Below, one piece after another: positions 47,960 through 61,629 of a stretch of DNA of 64,000 nt. The stretch lies in NCBI RefSeq assembly GCF_964355755.1, contig NC_092675.1, positions 11,465,812 to 11,529,811 on the forward strand. Reading direction: 5' to 3'. The notes below the pieces were generated by a model, which was not told where the DNA came from, did not search any database, and worked only from the letters and a program-made list of their open reading frames with translations. The number at the start of each line of letters is the position of its first letter. Position 1 is the stretch's first letter. A program made the translations under genes and the position numbers. This DNA comes from Antedon mediterranea. Taxonomy: Eukaryota > Animalia > Echinodermata.

Positions 47960-49860
47960 ACTCCAATAAATCTGGCCACCCAGATGATATTCCGGTGAAA
48001 CTCATTAAGCTGTTTTCTTTTGAAATAGCACAACCCCTGTTTTTAATCTTTAATACCTGTCTAAACGAAGGGGTGTTTCCAACTGTGTGGAAGACCGCAT
48101 CAATTGTACCAGTACCTAAAGTTAAAAAACCGACAATGGTTGGCCAATTACGACCTATTTCACTAACTAAAATATTGGGTAGAGTATTTGAATCATTCCT
48201 AGCGGGATGGTTAAAAACGGATTTCGAACCAGTATTGGATTGTAAACAGTATGGTAACGTGAGAGGAACTAGTACAACACACTACTTAGTAGATATGTTG
48301 AATACGGTTATATCCAATATTGATGTGCCAGGGACCTACGCCACATTATGTACAGTTGATTTCACAACTGCGTTTGATAGGATAAACCATAATGTTGCTA
48401 TTTCAAAGATGATAGAATCTGGTGTTAGACTGTCGATAATTCCAACGATTAGCAGTTTTCTGATGAATCGCACCCAGTGTGTGAAATTTAAGGGACATTG
48501 TTCTGGACTAAGAACTATAACGTGTGGGGTCCCCCGGGGTACCAAACTGGGACCCAGCATATTTACCGTTATGGTGAATGATGCGGGTAACACCACTGAT
48601 AATCGTTGGAAATTTGTGGATGATCTAACACTGGGAGAAATAATTAATATAAAAAATAATAGTACATCATCAGAACTTCAATCCCATTTAGATTCCTTGA
48701 GTTGTTGGTGTAAACAAAATGACATGCTACCCAAGCCTTCGAAGTGCCATGTTATTAATATAAATTTTATGAAATCCCAAATAAACTACCCCCAATTTAC
48801 TATAAGTGGTGAAAAAATTGATACTGTACATAGTATGAAATTATTAGGTCTTGAGCTACAAGACAATTTAGGTTGGGATATCCAAATCAAAAGTATTATC
48901 TCTAGAGCAAGTAGAAGAATGTTTCTTCTTTATGCATTGAGAGGATATAGTGCACCTATTGGTGACATGTTAAGTATTTATCAACTCTATATTCGGCCGC
49001 TGACTGAGTATGCATGTGTTGTTTGGCACTCTAGCATTACAAAACATCAGACCAATGAAATTGAGAGGTTGCAAAAGCGATCATGCAAAATTATACTTGG
49101 CCAGGACTATGAGAGCTATGATACGGCCCTTACTCAACTTAAAATTACCAGCCTTGCTGAATGTAGAGAAAAATTAACATTAAAATTTAGAGAAGGTATC
49201 CTTAAGTCAGAGAGACATCGTAATATGCTGCCTGCTGAAAGACCTAATATATCTAGATTACGTAACCCCAATAGATTTACATTACCAAAAATAAAAACTA
49301 ACTGATATAAAAATTCAACGATTCCCTATATTATAAACAAATTAAATTCCTCCTGTGAAAAATTAAATTAGAAAAATATATAATAAATGATTGTGCAATA
49401 TTACTGCCTAAAATAATCAAATGAACAGCATTGCAGACAACGTTTAATATTAATATATACTGTAAACTTTTATTTTCCGAAATTTAATATATTTTTGTAG
49501 ATTTTTAATGTTGTGAATTTTTTAGTGAATAATTGTGCAATGTTGCCACCTATACTAAAAGATAATAATAATAATCAAATAAAGAACAGTGCAGATAGGT
49601 TTTAGTATATTATAATGTAAATTTTTCATTTTTTAAAAATAAAAGTGCAATTGTATTTTCCAAAATTTTGTATATATTTTAAGATTCTTAATATTTTAAA
49701 TTTTAGTGAATAATTGTGAAATTTTGTAATTGTATATTCCGAATTTATTATTGTAGTTTTTATAGATTTCATTTTAATATTTTTTATTGTAATACAAACA
49801 TTATTAGCTATGTGCTATTGTTTTTGTAATTTTATATATACCGTAATAAATAAATAAATA
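47960..49860 (+). mobile_element. 5'-truncated CR1/L2-group LINE (RT ORF 47995..49305)
   Basis: LRPISLT, DFTTAFD, GVPRGTKLGP, KFVDD; duplicated AT-rich 3' UTR; (taaa)n tail at 49845-49860. Confidence 0.85.
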
Positions 49861-49901
49861 ACTATAAAATATATTGAAATATTGATTGGTTTTATTGATA
49901 G

Positions 49902-50024
49902 GATGGCAGAAAGCCCTCGAGTAGGACAACAAGTCTATCGCCACATAGCTTTTTGAATAATCCTCAAATGAACAGCACATGGGGATCAACATTTGATAAG
50001 TCTTTATTGCCAACCTCAAGACTA
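49902..50024 (+). CDS. AHI1: Probable AHI1 exon (DGRKPSSRTTSLSPHSFLNNPQMNSTWGSTFDKSLLPTSRL)
   Basis: gatag acceptor, gtaagt donor, phase 0-0, open frame, S/P-rich linker expected before SH3. Confidence 0.7.
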
Positions 50025-50774
50025 GTAAGTATTATTCTTTGTTATTTTGAAAAGTGTGATATATGATTACAGTGAGAGTGGAGTAAAATGAACAGAATCG
50101 ATGTACCATTTTTGTTTGTTCTCTGCTTGATTCTAGTATTGTCATCTGCAGTTCCTTAAAAGAAAAGACAAATAATTGAGCCTTAGTCAGATGTCAGATA
50201 GATGCATACATCAGTGTAGCATTATTCAATACATTAAATATATATTGTCCCCCAAAACATGAAAAATGAAGATTAATAAAATCAGATTTTGAAGTTTTTA
50301 TAAAGTTAATTACTTCCACAGAAAAAAACCCAAAAAATAATGTTTTCACTTTTTAAAACAGACAAAGCAATGGTCACCCAAATACCCATTGGCTAGCAGC
50401 CAATTTTATTTTGCTTTATAAATAAATATATTTTTTTGAATGACTATTGTGGAACATCAAAATAGCATATTCAACAACAAAAATTAAATTATTTTTTCAA
50501 GGGGAAAATATATCATTAATTGACTTATTTATTCAAATAAATGCTCCAGGGATTTTATTGTTCAGGAGGCATTTATGTTTTGTGGTGTAATATGGTAACA
50601 TTTATAATCAAATAAATTCCCCCTAGATATGAAAACAAATACAACACAATTAATATCAAGAAATGATAAAAATACAGTACAAATTTTGTAAAATTCTTGG
50701 TAGTAGGCATGTTTACCCTTTCACTGCGTATACCCGGTACTACCGGGTATAAACAAACGTCGTTGAAATACGTA

Positions 50775-53416
50775 TAGTCTGGTGGCAGGAGGGGGAAATC
50801 ACCACCCGAAAGGGGACAAATTGCCATCCAACTTTTCTAGATCAGAATTTTCCGTAGATTACGAATATGGAAGGTAATCGATCAGGATAGGAAGCGTTTT
50901 CGAGATATAAGGGGTCAAAGTTCAAAATTGACCAATTACAACAATGTATTATGTATATGTATTATAACAAATTTATTGAAGCACAATTTGGTCTTTTATT
51001 ACATTTTTATGATTATAAGTGTCTATTCAATCACCTTATGAAAAAAAAATCCTTTGTAATTAAGGGTCAAATGTCAATATTGACCAATCATAGAACGTAC
51101 CTATAAAACCAAATAAAAACTTATATTTAATAAAAATTGGATGTTTTCTCATCCTGTTAATCAATCATACGCAATGTAAAAGAGCGAATACATCATTTCA
51201 TCAGTTGACATAAGGTCAATTTCATCAGTTGACATAAGGTCAAAGGTCAACATTTTAATACACGTATTAGTTAACAAATAAATGCAAAGTTGTCCAAATT
51301 ATGATATTGATGGTTTTACAAGTAATCAAATTATTTGATTAGTAAAGTTATGTTATTTCATTATAATTTTGATTAATATAATTATAATACTGTATTTAAT
51401 CAAATCAGAATTTGTGATGCGAATAGGAAGAGATAAGGGGTCAAAGTTCAAAATTGACCAATTATAACAATGTATTATATACATATGTATTATAACCAAT
51501 TTATTGAAGTTCAATTTGGTCTTTTAATACATTTGTATGGTTATAGGTATCTATTCAGTCGCCTTATAAAACAAATACTTTTCAATTAAAGGTCAAATGT
51601 CAATATTGACCAATCACACAACTTGCATATAAACCCAAATAAAAACTAACATTTAAGACAAAATGTTATGTTTTATCATTCTGTTAAGACATCTATCAAT
51701 CATACACAATCAAAAGAGCACATTTATCATTACACAAGTTGACATAGGTCAAAGGTCAACATTTGAACAAGTGATATACTAAATAATGCAAAGTTATTCA
51801 AACTATGAGATCGATGTTCATAAATGTAATCACGTTATTTGATCAGTGAAGTTATGGTATTTTTATATTTTTTCTAGTGCGCATTATTTTAAATGTATTA
51901 ATATAATACTGTAAAATAAATAATAAAATTATTAATATTATTAATATCATGACGGTTAAAATGTTATGATGTTAAAATGTTACGCTGACAGTTGCATTTA
52001 TTAGGGCTACAATATTCGTTTTTTTGAAAATAAACTACTATTCATCAGAACCAGAGAGTACCAATTCGTACAGGATAGGGCATAGGCAGATCCAGGTGGC
52101 CAAACTCAATCCACAACTCACTACACAGACAGACCACAATTTTTGTATAGCCACAGATAGTTTGGCCCATACAGGAAAGTGTTTCCTGTACACAAAAGAT
52201 TCTAAAATAACCCATATGGATTTGCCCGAATGAACCCTCTAAGGACCCTTTTGGGATCTCTATGTGGTGTGCTACACAAGGCCCTGTATTATAAATTAAT
52301 ATGGGGTAAATAGTTCATAGATGAACTATGGAATAAAACTAAAATGTTCACCCTATCGGATCAATGCATTTGGCTACATAAGTAAGTTACTGTGTTAGAA
52401 ATATATCGGATAGTAGGTTCCAATATTAAGCCATGGGAAAACCCTGTCTGTGCACCCTCAATCCTTTTAAAAGGAACCCATATGGATTTGCCAAAATGAA
52501 CCAAGGGTAACTTCTGAATTCTCTATGAACCGTACATTCCGTTTATTGGAGATACATGGATACCTGATTGAAATGTTTCTGAAAGACATTGTACTGTATA
52601 GTAGTAGTATTCCCCTTCCACACCTCTTTGCATTAAATCCGCCCGTTAGGCTCTTATGTACAGGATTTCAAAGCAATAATCACACTTGTATTTTACAAGC
52701 AGTATAATCTATTAGATTGAATAAAAATATCTATTATAAACAATTTGCCGTTAGAAATCTCTATGCTATGTCGTTATTTAGATGAGAAAAACAGGTCAAA
52801 GGTTAAAATTACAGAAAAATAGTGTTTCAGTCACTTTTTGAAAAAAAATGTTGCATTATGGCAAGTATAAACATATATATTGTGAACAATTTGATACCAA
52901 AATTGGCTCCTTACGATAAATATTTATTAATTTATGTTTTTATAACCTTATTCAATTATGTCAAAGGTTAATAACCACACTTCCGGTCATTTTCAAGCAA
53001 TATCATCTGTTACACTGAATATAAATGTATATCTTAGCAACAATTTGCTCCTATTTTTAATTCTTTCCGACCTACCGTTACTTAGATATAGCAAAAAGAG
53101 GTCAAAGGTCAAAATTGCTAAAAATGGGGTTTCCGGTCAATTTTACAAAGAAAGTTCTGTTAGAACTAATATAAACATATACATTGTGAACAATTTGACA
53201 CCAAAATTATCTCACTAGGTCCAGAATTTCCAGAGATATAGCATGTTTTTATATTGGTCAATTTTGAACTTTGACCCCTTATATCTCGAAAACGCTTCCT
53301 ATCCTGATCGATTACCTTCCATATTCGTAATCTACGGAAAATTCTGGTCTAGAAAAGTTGGATGGCAATTTGTTCCCCTTTCGGGTGGTGATATCCCCCC
53401 TCCTGCCACCGGACTA
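50775..53416. mobile_element. Non-autonomous Academ-like element inserted in a piggyBac-like end (from 50716)
   Basis: TAGTC(T/C)GGTGGCAGG termini, ~165-bp near-perfect TIRs, 3-bp TSD GTA; internal ~520-bp duplication (~50900 / ~51430). Confidence 0.75.
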
Positions 53417-55601
53417 GTATACCCGGTAATACCAGGTATGGGCAAAACAATTATTTAATCGTATTTGCCTATAATATATGGCACCCTCTATATTCTTTCG
53501 ATGAACTTGAATAATTTTGCAAGTCATTAAAAAAATTTCCCAGCAAAAAAAACGGCCCTCTATAGTTGTATTATCGTCTTGAAAATAATGCGCCCTCTAT
53601 AGTTAATTGTATATAGTATAGTATATAATAGTATTTCTATCTTGGAAAGCCCCAATAGGGCAACATCGTGTTTATCACAACACACACAAAAAAAAATTCG
53701 GAAACAATAGTTAGTTTTTGTACTATAGTGTCATTATTTTCTCGATTTTGCCCCAAAACTTTGTGCATAATTTTTATAAAACAATAAAAATAATTTAATT
53801 TTTTTTATATATTTTTATTTTTTATACGTATCTTCATCAATATCCAGTTGGAAAAACGTATTCCATAAGAATTTCTTATAGAAAATATAGTTTTTATCAT
53901 TGAATAGATAAAAAACTCGAAATCCAAAATACATGTAATGACGTCACATGACGTCATCAATATTCAAATTACTTTTTTTCACGCTGCTGCTCTAGCCCGC
54001 TACGTCACACGAGATGACTCATTCATTAGATGAAATCAAGCAGCTTTATAGTACTACACTTTGACATTTTTGTTAAAATGGAAACTCCACTATAATTTAT
54101 TGGTACCACCTGTTGAATCCAAAAACGGCTGAGAAAAGAGTCTAACGACAAATCCCAAAGCATTCTGGTATTTATGAGTCCCATGATATAATTCGCTGTC
54201 AGATAATCATTGAATTATTATCAAAACAGTCCATTGAAGTTTTTGTTTGTAATAGGATACTTGAAGTATCTAGGCGGGACCCCCAGACTTGACCTTAGCA
54301 ATAACAATAAGCGAGCAGCGTTTTTTGTAAGAAATATTCTTGTTTATACCTAACTGTAAACTAACCCTTTGCCCATCACACACCACAAAAATAATTACAC
54401 AATTATCTCAATTAGTATAGATTTTAGGTGCAAATTATATGGTAGTGGGGTCACCAAACATATTGGTATAACCATAACTAACATTTGATTGCATGGCGGC
54501 CATGTTGGATTCCAAAATGGCGGACTTCAAATTTTCATTTTTCAGGTATATCTCTGCTAAAAAGGCACATAGAGTTCTGAATTTAGGTGCAAATTATATG
54601 GTAATGGGGTCACCAAACATATTAGTATAACTAACATTTTGATTGCATGGCGGCCATGTTGGATTTCAAAATGGCGGACTTCAAATTTTCACTTTTCAGG
54701 TATATCTCTGCTAAAAAGGCACCTAGACTACTGATTTTAGGTGCAAATTATATGGAAATTGGGTCACCAAGCATATTGATATAACTAACATTTTGATTGC
54801 ATGGTGGCCATTTTGGATTTCAAAATGGCAGACCCCAAATTTTTTTATTTTTTTTGCTAAAAAGGTACACAGAGTTCTGATTTTTAGGTGCAAATTATAT
54901 GGTAATGGGTCACCAAACATATTGGTATTTAACTAACATTTTGATTGCATGGCGGCCATTTTAAAAAATGGCGAATTTAAAATGTTTCAGTACGGTACCT
55001 ACAATTATAATTTTAGGTACAAAGTATAATATGATATTGAGGTCAACATATTGGTATAACGTCTTTGATTGCATGGCGGACATTTTGAATGTAGCTCAAA
55101 CGTCCGTACTGGCTTTACACTATTTGTTTATGTTTATAGTTACATGCATTTAACAACATGGACACTTATTGTAGGTCAAATTTCCCTGGCAACCACAGCT
55201 TTGTACATCGTAAATCACTCTTTCTGCATTTACAGCGTCCAAGATCACAGTCGGTGTGTCCACAGCGAATTAAAACCTTTGTGACATCTGAAAGTTCCGG
55301 CAATGAACTCCAAACTGGACTAAATTTGTTGCCGTCCTTCCTCCATCCCCAGTTCGCTGGGTCCTGTTCAACCCTGAAGGCATCTAGACAGTAGTACCAC
55401 TTCCTGGTCTGTAGAACAGACCGTTTCACATGTTCTCTTAATGCCCAAGATGTTGGGGGATATTTTCAATAGTCTTTCCCCTTGTTGTAAAAAGATATCG
55501 TCTTGCATCATCATTTACCTTCTTTCCATTAAATGTTCTGCAGTACATAGTTACAACAAACTGTTCTAGATAATCTGTGTCTGTTTCACTAACATCCCCT
55601 A

Positions 55602-57340
55602 CTACGCTCGCGCTAAGGTCAAATTTTCGTTCGCCAAAATGGCGAAAGGTTTTCAAATGCATTAGCCAAATTGAAAATCCTTTAGCCAAATTTAAAAAAC
55701 CATAAAAATTCGCAAAAATGTTTATTAAATAAATAATGCATGTATTTGTTTGTTATTTTACTTCTTTTACATTTATATTATTATTATTTATCCCAATGAA
55801 GCTGATTTTCGTTACCGCGATTTTAACACGTTCGTGAAATTTCAAAAAGTGACGTGTCTTTGAAGTTAAAAATATACTATTTCTTATGTACCCATGAGAA
55901 TAAAAATTATATGCCTGGAAAGATCTTGTTTAAGGGATTATTTTTATATATTTTTAATCTATGTTTATTAAATATTTTAATAGAAAACGCAAGTTAAAAA
56001 TGAGGTACAAAAGCCGGCGAGCCGAAATCTGCGCGCTAAAAATAACTTTGGAAAACACCTACCCATTTTCGCACCCGATCGCATGAGGTCCATAATAGGT
56101 GGTGGAGTAATTTTTGTTGCATGTTATCAGTTTGTTATGTAAACCGGTTATTATTATTATGTACATCCGCCTCATATGTCAATTTTAACGATAACAATTT
56201 TTTAGTCTTTCTCATTATCAAAATCTGGCTAATTTAGTATTGAATTAAAGCTAATTTATATTTCTGTTTGATAAACCACATCGTTTTATTTGACTTTGCG
56301 TGGACCTGGTGCGAAGAAGCCAACAAGACCAACCACTGAAAAAAATAATCCCTACCATAAATATCAGTGTTTACCATTTTCCTTACGGGATTCAGTTCTC
56401 CGCTTATTACTAAATTACCGTCGCCCAGGCATTAGGTATTAGCGCGTTAATTAATGATTGGATAACCCCCGCAGTGGACTGTTCCATTTTCTGAACTAGT
56501 ATTCGCCGCACACGAGGCATGTCGAAAAATGTCGCCTCTCATCATGGAATATTTGCTTCGAAACGTCAATTTTACCGATTTATTAAATTATTTAGTAAGT
56601 GGAATATTTATCAATCTATTATATAAAACAAGTACGTTAGGAAGAAATGTACCACAGAAATTTAAGAAGCTTTGAATTTGCTATGCAGCGGCCGTAACCC
56701 ATTCTATGTAGGCGGCCGAAACGCGCTTTGGCCAGGGTTGCCGTTGTAGTATACGTTGTTTCTTAGCTATTCAATTTAAAGCGCAACTTTCGGTTAGAAT
56801 AATCGAAAGGGAAATAAAATTAAACATGTTAACATTATACTATTGAGGTAATTACTTTGTTAAATTTAAAATTCCCCTTTTTAAATAACAGAACAGCCTC
56901 GTTTACGGAAGTATTCGTCCACATGTTTCTGTTTACATTTTCTTCTCGAAGTTCATTTTCTACGTCGAAGAATAGGGACTTCCCCTTTTATTCGCTCATC
57001 ATCACGTCGACGACGACCGGCCACGAACCAATCACATTAACTGTGTGTCATTAAAACGTCATCGAGGCACGCTCTGCGCATGTTTAAACAGAACTAAAAA
57101 AATGAACACGGCGATCGTGACGTCGTCACATAAAATGCTGTGGTGGTAAAAAGTGTACCCGAGTCAGAAAGTACCGAAGTGTGGCGAATTCTCGCTCCCA
57201 TAAGAAGTCACGCCGACCAGGCTAGGCCTAGGCTTGGAAATGTATTTTCGCCAATTTGGCGAACGAGGCAATAATTATTTTCGCCAAATGGAGACTCCAG
57301 TCGCCATTGGCGAATTGGCGAGCGGTTAGCGCGAGCGTAG
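55602..57340. mobile_element. Non-autonomous hAT-like element with 5-bp TSD
   Basis: TIR CTACGCTCGCGCTAA; CCCTA duplicated; empty site visible in the other Academ arm (~58910-58930). Confidence 0.7.
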
Positions 57341-57352
57341 CCCTACAGACAA

Positions 57353-57669
57353 AGTAGTGTGGAGCAATGTGGCGCAATGGTTAGAGCATTGGACTTGCTT
57401 GCAGAGGTTGCTGGTTCAAGCCCGGCCGGTCACTGCAGTGTTGAGTCCTTGAGCAAAATTCTTTATCCACATTGTTCCTCCCCACCCAGGTGATAGAAAT
57501 GGGTACCGGTATGTAAAAAGTACTGGGAAGGTAAATTCACTTGTTTGTGCGGGAGGAGTGGCGTACCCCCTACAAACATACACATTTAGTGGAGTCTGGC
57601 CCAAACGCTAAAGAAATGGAGATGGGCACCACAGCCATTAGCATTAGCTTAGGTTTCGACACTTTACCT
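57353..57669 (+). mobile_element. tRNA-derived SINE with Meta-type core
   Basis: A box tggcgcaatggttagagc, B box ggttcaagccc, core gtccttgagcaa...cacattg...ccacccaggtg...aaatgggtacc, actttacct tail, TSD TACAGACAA. Confidence 0.78.
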
Positions 57670-60409
57670 TACAGACAATGACATCCTATCGAAAACTGAA
57701 GTCATACATGGCATCTTTTTCCAAGTCTCGTTAAATGTAGCTTTACCTGTTCCTTGAACAGATGAAGTTGTATCAAAACCGCTAAAGGAATGAAAGAACC
57801 AGTAAGCGGCTGATGCTTGTGGTCCAAGAGAAGAAGCAATCTCGTGTATTGGGATGTACTTCAAGTCCTTCCCCACTCCAAACTCGATCCAAAGCTCATG
57901 GATGCCAGGTATTCTGTGGAAAGCTGACAATGCAATAACATTGCATTTTAGAGGCATGTTTAACATGAACAAACATACGTTCATCTGCCTCTTCTATATG
58001 TTACATGGCATCAGCGGTTGTATATTTACAGACTGGTTTGTTACAGCTCTGTCTCCCAGAGACCCTACAAACATTCCGTGACTTTTGTCAATGTTCTCTA
58101 CTACTTCATTTACAATTAATGAAAACAACTCTGATTTGTTGTCATCGCATCTAAAAAATGTGGACCAACCATTAGTTTATGCCAAGGTGTTAGATGGACC
58201 AGCAATAATCAATATGCTCAGGCCCATGATTCGAAGACATTCATTGAGTATATATCAAGTGTCGTACAACCATATATAGACCATCAACTTCAATCAGTGA
58301 CACGACTAGATTTGGTTTTTTGAAAGATATTTTAACGACAGTTTAAAGTCTGGTACGTGTTCAAACCGCGGCTCTGATGTAAGGAGGGATAATGTCCAAC
58401 AATTGGACCACATTTTTGAGATGTGATGACAACAAATCAGAGTTGTTTTCATTAATTGTAAATGAAGTAGTAGAGAACATTGACACAAATCATGGAATCT
58501 CTGAGAGACAGAGCTGTAACAAACCAGTCTGTAAATATACAACCGCTGATGCCATGTAACATAGAAGAGGCAGATGAACGTATGTTGGTTCATGTTCCAT
58601 GCCGTTTTTCAGCGCATTCTTGTCAAAGACTGTAGACAGTGATGTTGTTGTTTGCATTGTCAGCTTTCCACAGAATACCTGGCATCCACGAGCTTTGGAT
58701 CGAGTTTGGAGTGGGGAAGGACTTAAAGTACATCCCAATACACGATATTGCTTCTTCTCTTGGACCACAAACATCAGCCGCTTACTTGTTCTTTCTTTCC
58801 TATAGCGGTTGTAATACAACTTCATCTGTTCAAGGAAAAGGTAAAGCTACATTTAACGAACTTGGAAAAAGATTCCATGTATGACTCCAGTTTTTAAGAG
58901 GATGTCATTGTCTGTAGGGGATGTTAGTGAAACAGACACAGATTATCTAGAACATTTAATAGAAAGAAGGTAAATGATGCAAGACGATATCTTTTTACAA
59001 CAAGAGGAAAGACTATTGAATATATCCCCCAACATCTGGGGCATTAAGAGAACATGTGAAACGGTCTGTTCTACAAGCCAGGAAGTGGTACTACTGTCTA
59101 AATGCCTTCAGGGTTGAACAGGACCCAGCGAACTGGGGATGGAGGAAGGACGACGGCAACAAATTTAGTCCAGTTTGGAGTTCATTGCTGGAACTTTCAG
59201 ATTTTAATTTGCTGTGGACACACCGACTGTGATCTTGGATGCTGTAAATGAAAAGTGATTTACGATGTACAGAGCTGTGTGGTTGCCAGGGAAAATGTGA
59301 CCTACAATAATAGTGTCCGTGTTAAATGCATGTAACTATAAACATAAACAAATAGTGTAAAGCCAGTACGGTTTGAGCTACATTCAAAATGGCCGCCATG
59401 TAATCAAAGACGTTAATATACCAATATGTTTGTTAACCTCAATTTGAATACCATATTATACTTTGTACCTAAAATTATAACTGTAGGTACCGTACTGAAA
59501 CATTTTGAGTTCGCCATTTTGAAATTCAAAATGGGCGCCATGCAATCAAAATGTTAGTTAAATACCAATATGTTTGGTGACCCATTACCATATAATTTGC
59601 ACCTAATATCAGAACTCTGTGTACCTTTTTAGCAGAGATATACCGGAAAAGTGAAAATTTGGGGTCCGCCATTTTGAAATCCAAAATGGCCACCATGCAA
59701 TCAAAATGTTAGTTATACCAATATGTTTGGTGACCCCATTACCATATAATTTGCACCTAAAATCAGAACTCTGTGTACCTTTTTAGCAGAGATATACCGG
59801 AAAAGTGAAAATTTGGGGTCCGCCATTTTGAAATCCAAAATGGCCACCATGCAATCAAAATGTTAGTTATACCAATATGTTTGGTGACCTCATTACCATA
59901 TAATTTGCACCTAAAATCAGAACTCTAGGTGCCTTTTTAGCAGAGATATACCTGAAAAGTGAAAATTTGAAGTCCGCCATTTTGAAATCCAAAATGGCCG
60001 CCATGCAATCCAAATGTTAGTTAAATACCAATATGTTTCGTGACCCTATTACCATATAATTTGCACCTAAAATCAGAACTCTAGGTGCCTCTTTAGCAGA
60101 GATATACCTGAAAAGTGAACATTTGGGGTCCGCCATTTTGAAATCCAAAATGGCGGCTTTCACCTGACGAAATTTTGTGCAACCCTTCCATTTCATATTT
60201 TTTACACCCTAATGAATAACTGTGCAAAGTTTCAGAATGTTATCACAATTTGAAGGATTGGTTCACTTAACAGGCCTATGGTAGATCACATGGAATTCTA
60301 CTACAAATAGAAATGTGTTAATAGAATATTGTGTTTATATTCCTGGGAATTTACTTGGACATTATTTCTAATCAAATTCTACCTTTATCCAAATACATAT
60401 CATCAGTAT

Positions 60410-60960
60410 CATATTAGTATCATAAATCTTTATTAAAAGAAGGAGATGGATTACATCATCTTGCAATAAAAAGTAAAAACTAGATTTGAACTCGTTACTT
60501 TGACGAGTTAGTTATCCGCACGACAAACCATGTGCACATCATACATTAGAATATTGCACACAGAAAAAAAAGACCTGAAGAAAATAAAATCTTAGTGTGC
60601 TCTCTATTTTGTGTCCAAGTATATACAGTATACTCTAAATTATGTATACAAATTACATACACTATTACATTTCATACAACAACAAGAGGACTAATTACAA
60701 CATCAAATATAAAATTCTTAGAATTATAAAATGTTTAAGTTAATATAATAAAAAGTTAGAATTTAATAAAAAGTTAAAATTTACAAAGTGTTATTTGTTT
60801 AATAGTCTGATGGCGAGAGGCACAAATTAATTTCTTTTACGGGTATTTTTACACCTGTAACAGCGGCCATGAGGCAACACTTCAAATTCCTTATAAAGGG
60901 TTTGGTTAAAATTTGTTCAAATTGCCTTACTTTTTTCTAAAATTTGTTTAGAAATGGTAC
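60410..60960 (-). mobile_element. 3' end of Rex1-like LINE
   Basis: Minus-strand PLYKEFEVLPHGRCYR...FVPLAIRLLN remnant and aataaagatt...tgatac tail. Confidence 0.5.
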
Positions 60961-61629
60961 CGTTATTATTTTGTTTTAATTATTATTATTTTAGGGGTCA
61001 TTGTGAGACTAGTTTTACTTCTAATTTTGATCCCTAAGATGGTCTTATATTAATTGTTGTTTATTGAAATATTGTTTGTTATATATTGTTTGTAATGACC
61101 ATCTTAAAGGGGGATTCTGGGTTTAAAATTGCTTTTAAATATCGTTTATTTATTAAATAAAAAATATTATAACAATATAGACATGTCAGAATGAAGAAGT
61201 AATAACGAGAAATTAAAAAAATTAAATTTCATATACATTTAGGGTAAATTCATGGAAAGTCTGTTTTTCAGCAGCTTAGGGAAGCTCATTAATATTCATG
61301 AGATATTCACAAAATCACGTCATCAGTGGATTCCAAACTCGCGACGTCAAGCTTGTACGTTGTGTTCTCTCTCCCCTGTCAAACGACGACCACCCGATCA
61401 TTGTGAAATACATTTTTTTGTAGATTTTCTAAGCTAGGCCTAAAGTGTAATAATAACAGTAGTAGCATATATTTATTTGACATTTAATGAAATACAAAAT
61501 TCAGTACAGATTACGGAGTCATAAATTATACTATTTTTATACCTCAAATAGTACAGATCGTATATCGGCTTCACGTACTAGGCTAGGCCTAGCCTAAATC
61601 ATTTTATTCATGGGTGAGAGCCATTTCTG

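Larger units (their letters stand above)
162..50024 (+). other. AHI1: Internal portion of AHI1 (jouberin) ortholog; 14 exons + 1 candidate microexon; gene continues beyond both window edges
   Basis: Manually spliced GT-AG exons join in frame and recapitulate jouberin motifs in order: PSWEE..PKVIVFFE, ILDF..AWAFFK, KVRLQLFHPP, YPSTLYITL..RSMFATQ, WSRLPGQMCRIPNK, WD40 repeats (FSHDGR, SSDGTARIW, HPSYVYAAKFHP, HPGGKRLLVH, GSED..YVWN, YHPYDH). Confidence 0.93.
54420..60278. mobile_element. Academ (XPG-like + Cys-rich C-terminus) derivative arranged as a large palindrome
   Basis: Remnants EEADERMLVH, KTVDSDVVV, SGCNTTSSVQGKGK, IPPTSGALREHVKR, WGW, C..GRCKCRK..LRCT on both strands; ~154-bp subterminal arrays at 54420-55000 and 59520-60160; right end ...AACAGGCCTA. 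Confidence 0.75.

Noticed and set aside
54420-60160. CRISPR-like array
   Set aside because: Whole ~154-bp units repeat with no unique spacers; eukaryotic context; they are transposon subterminal arrays.
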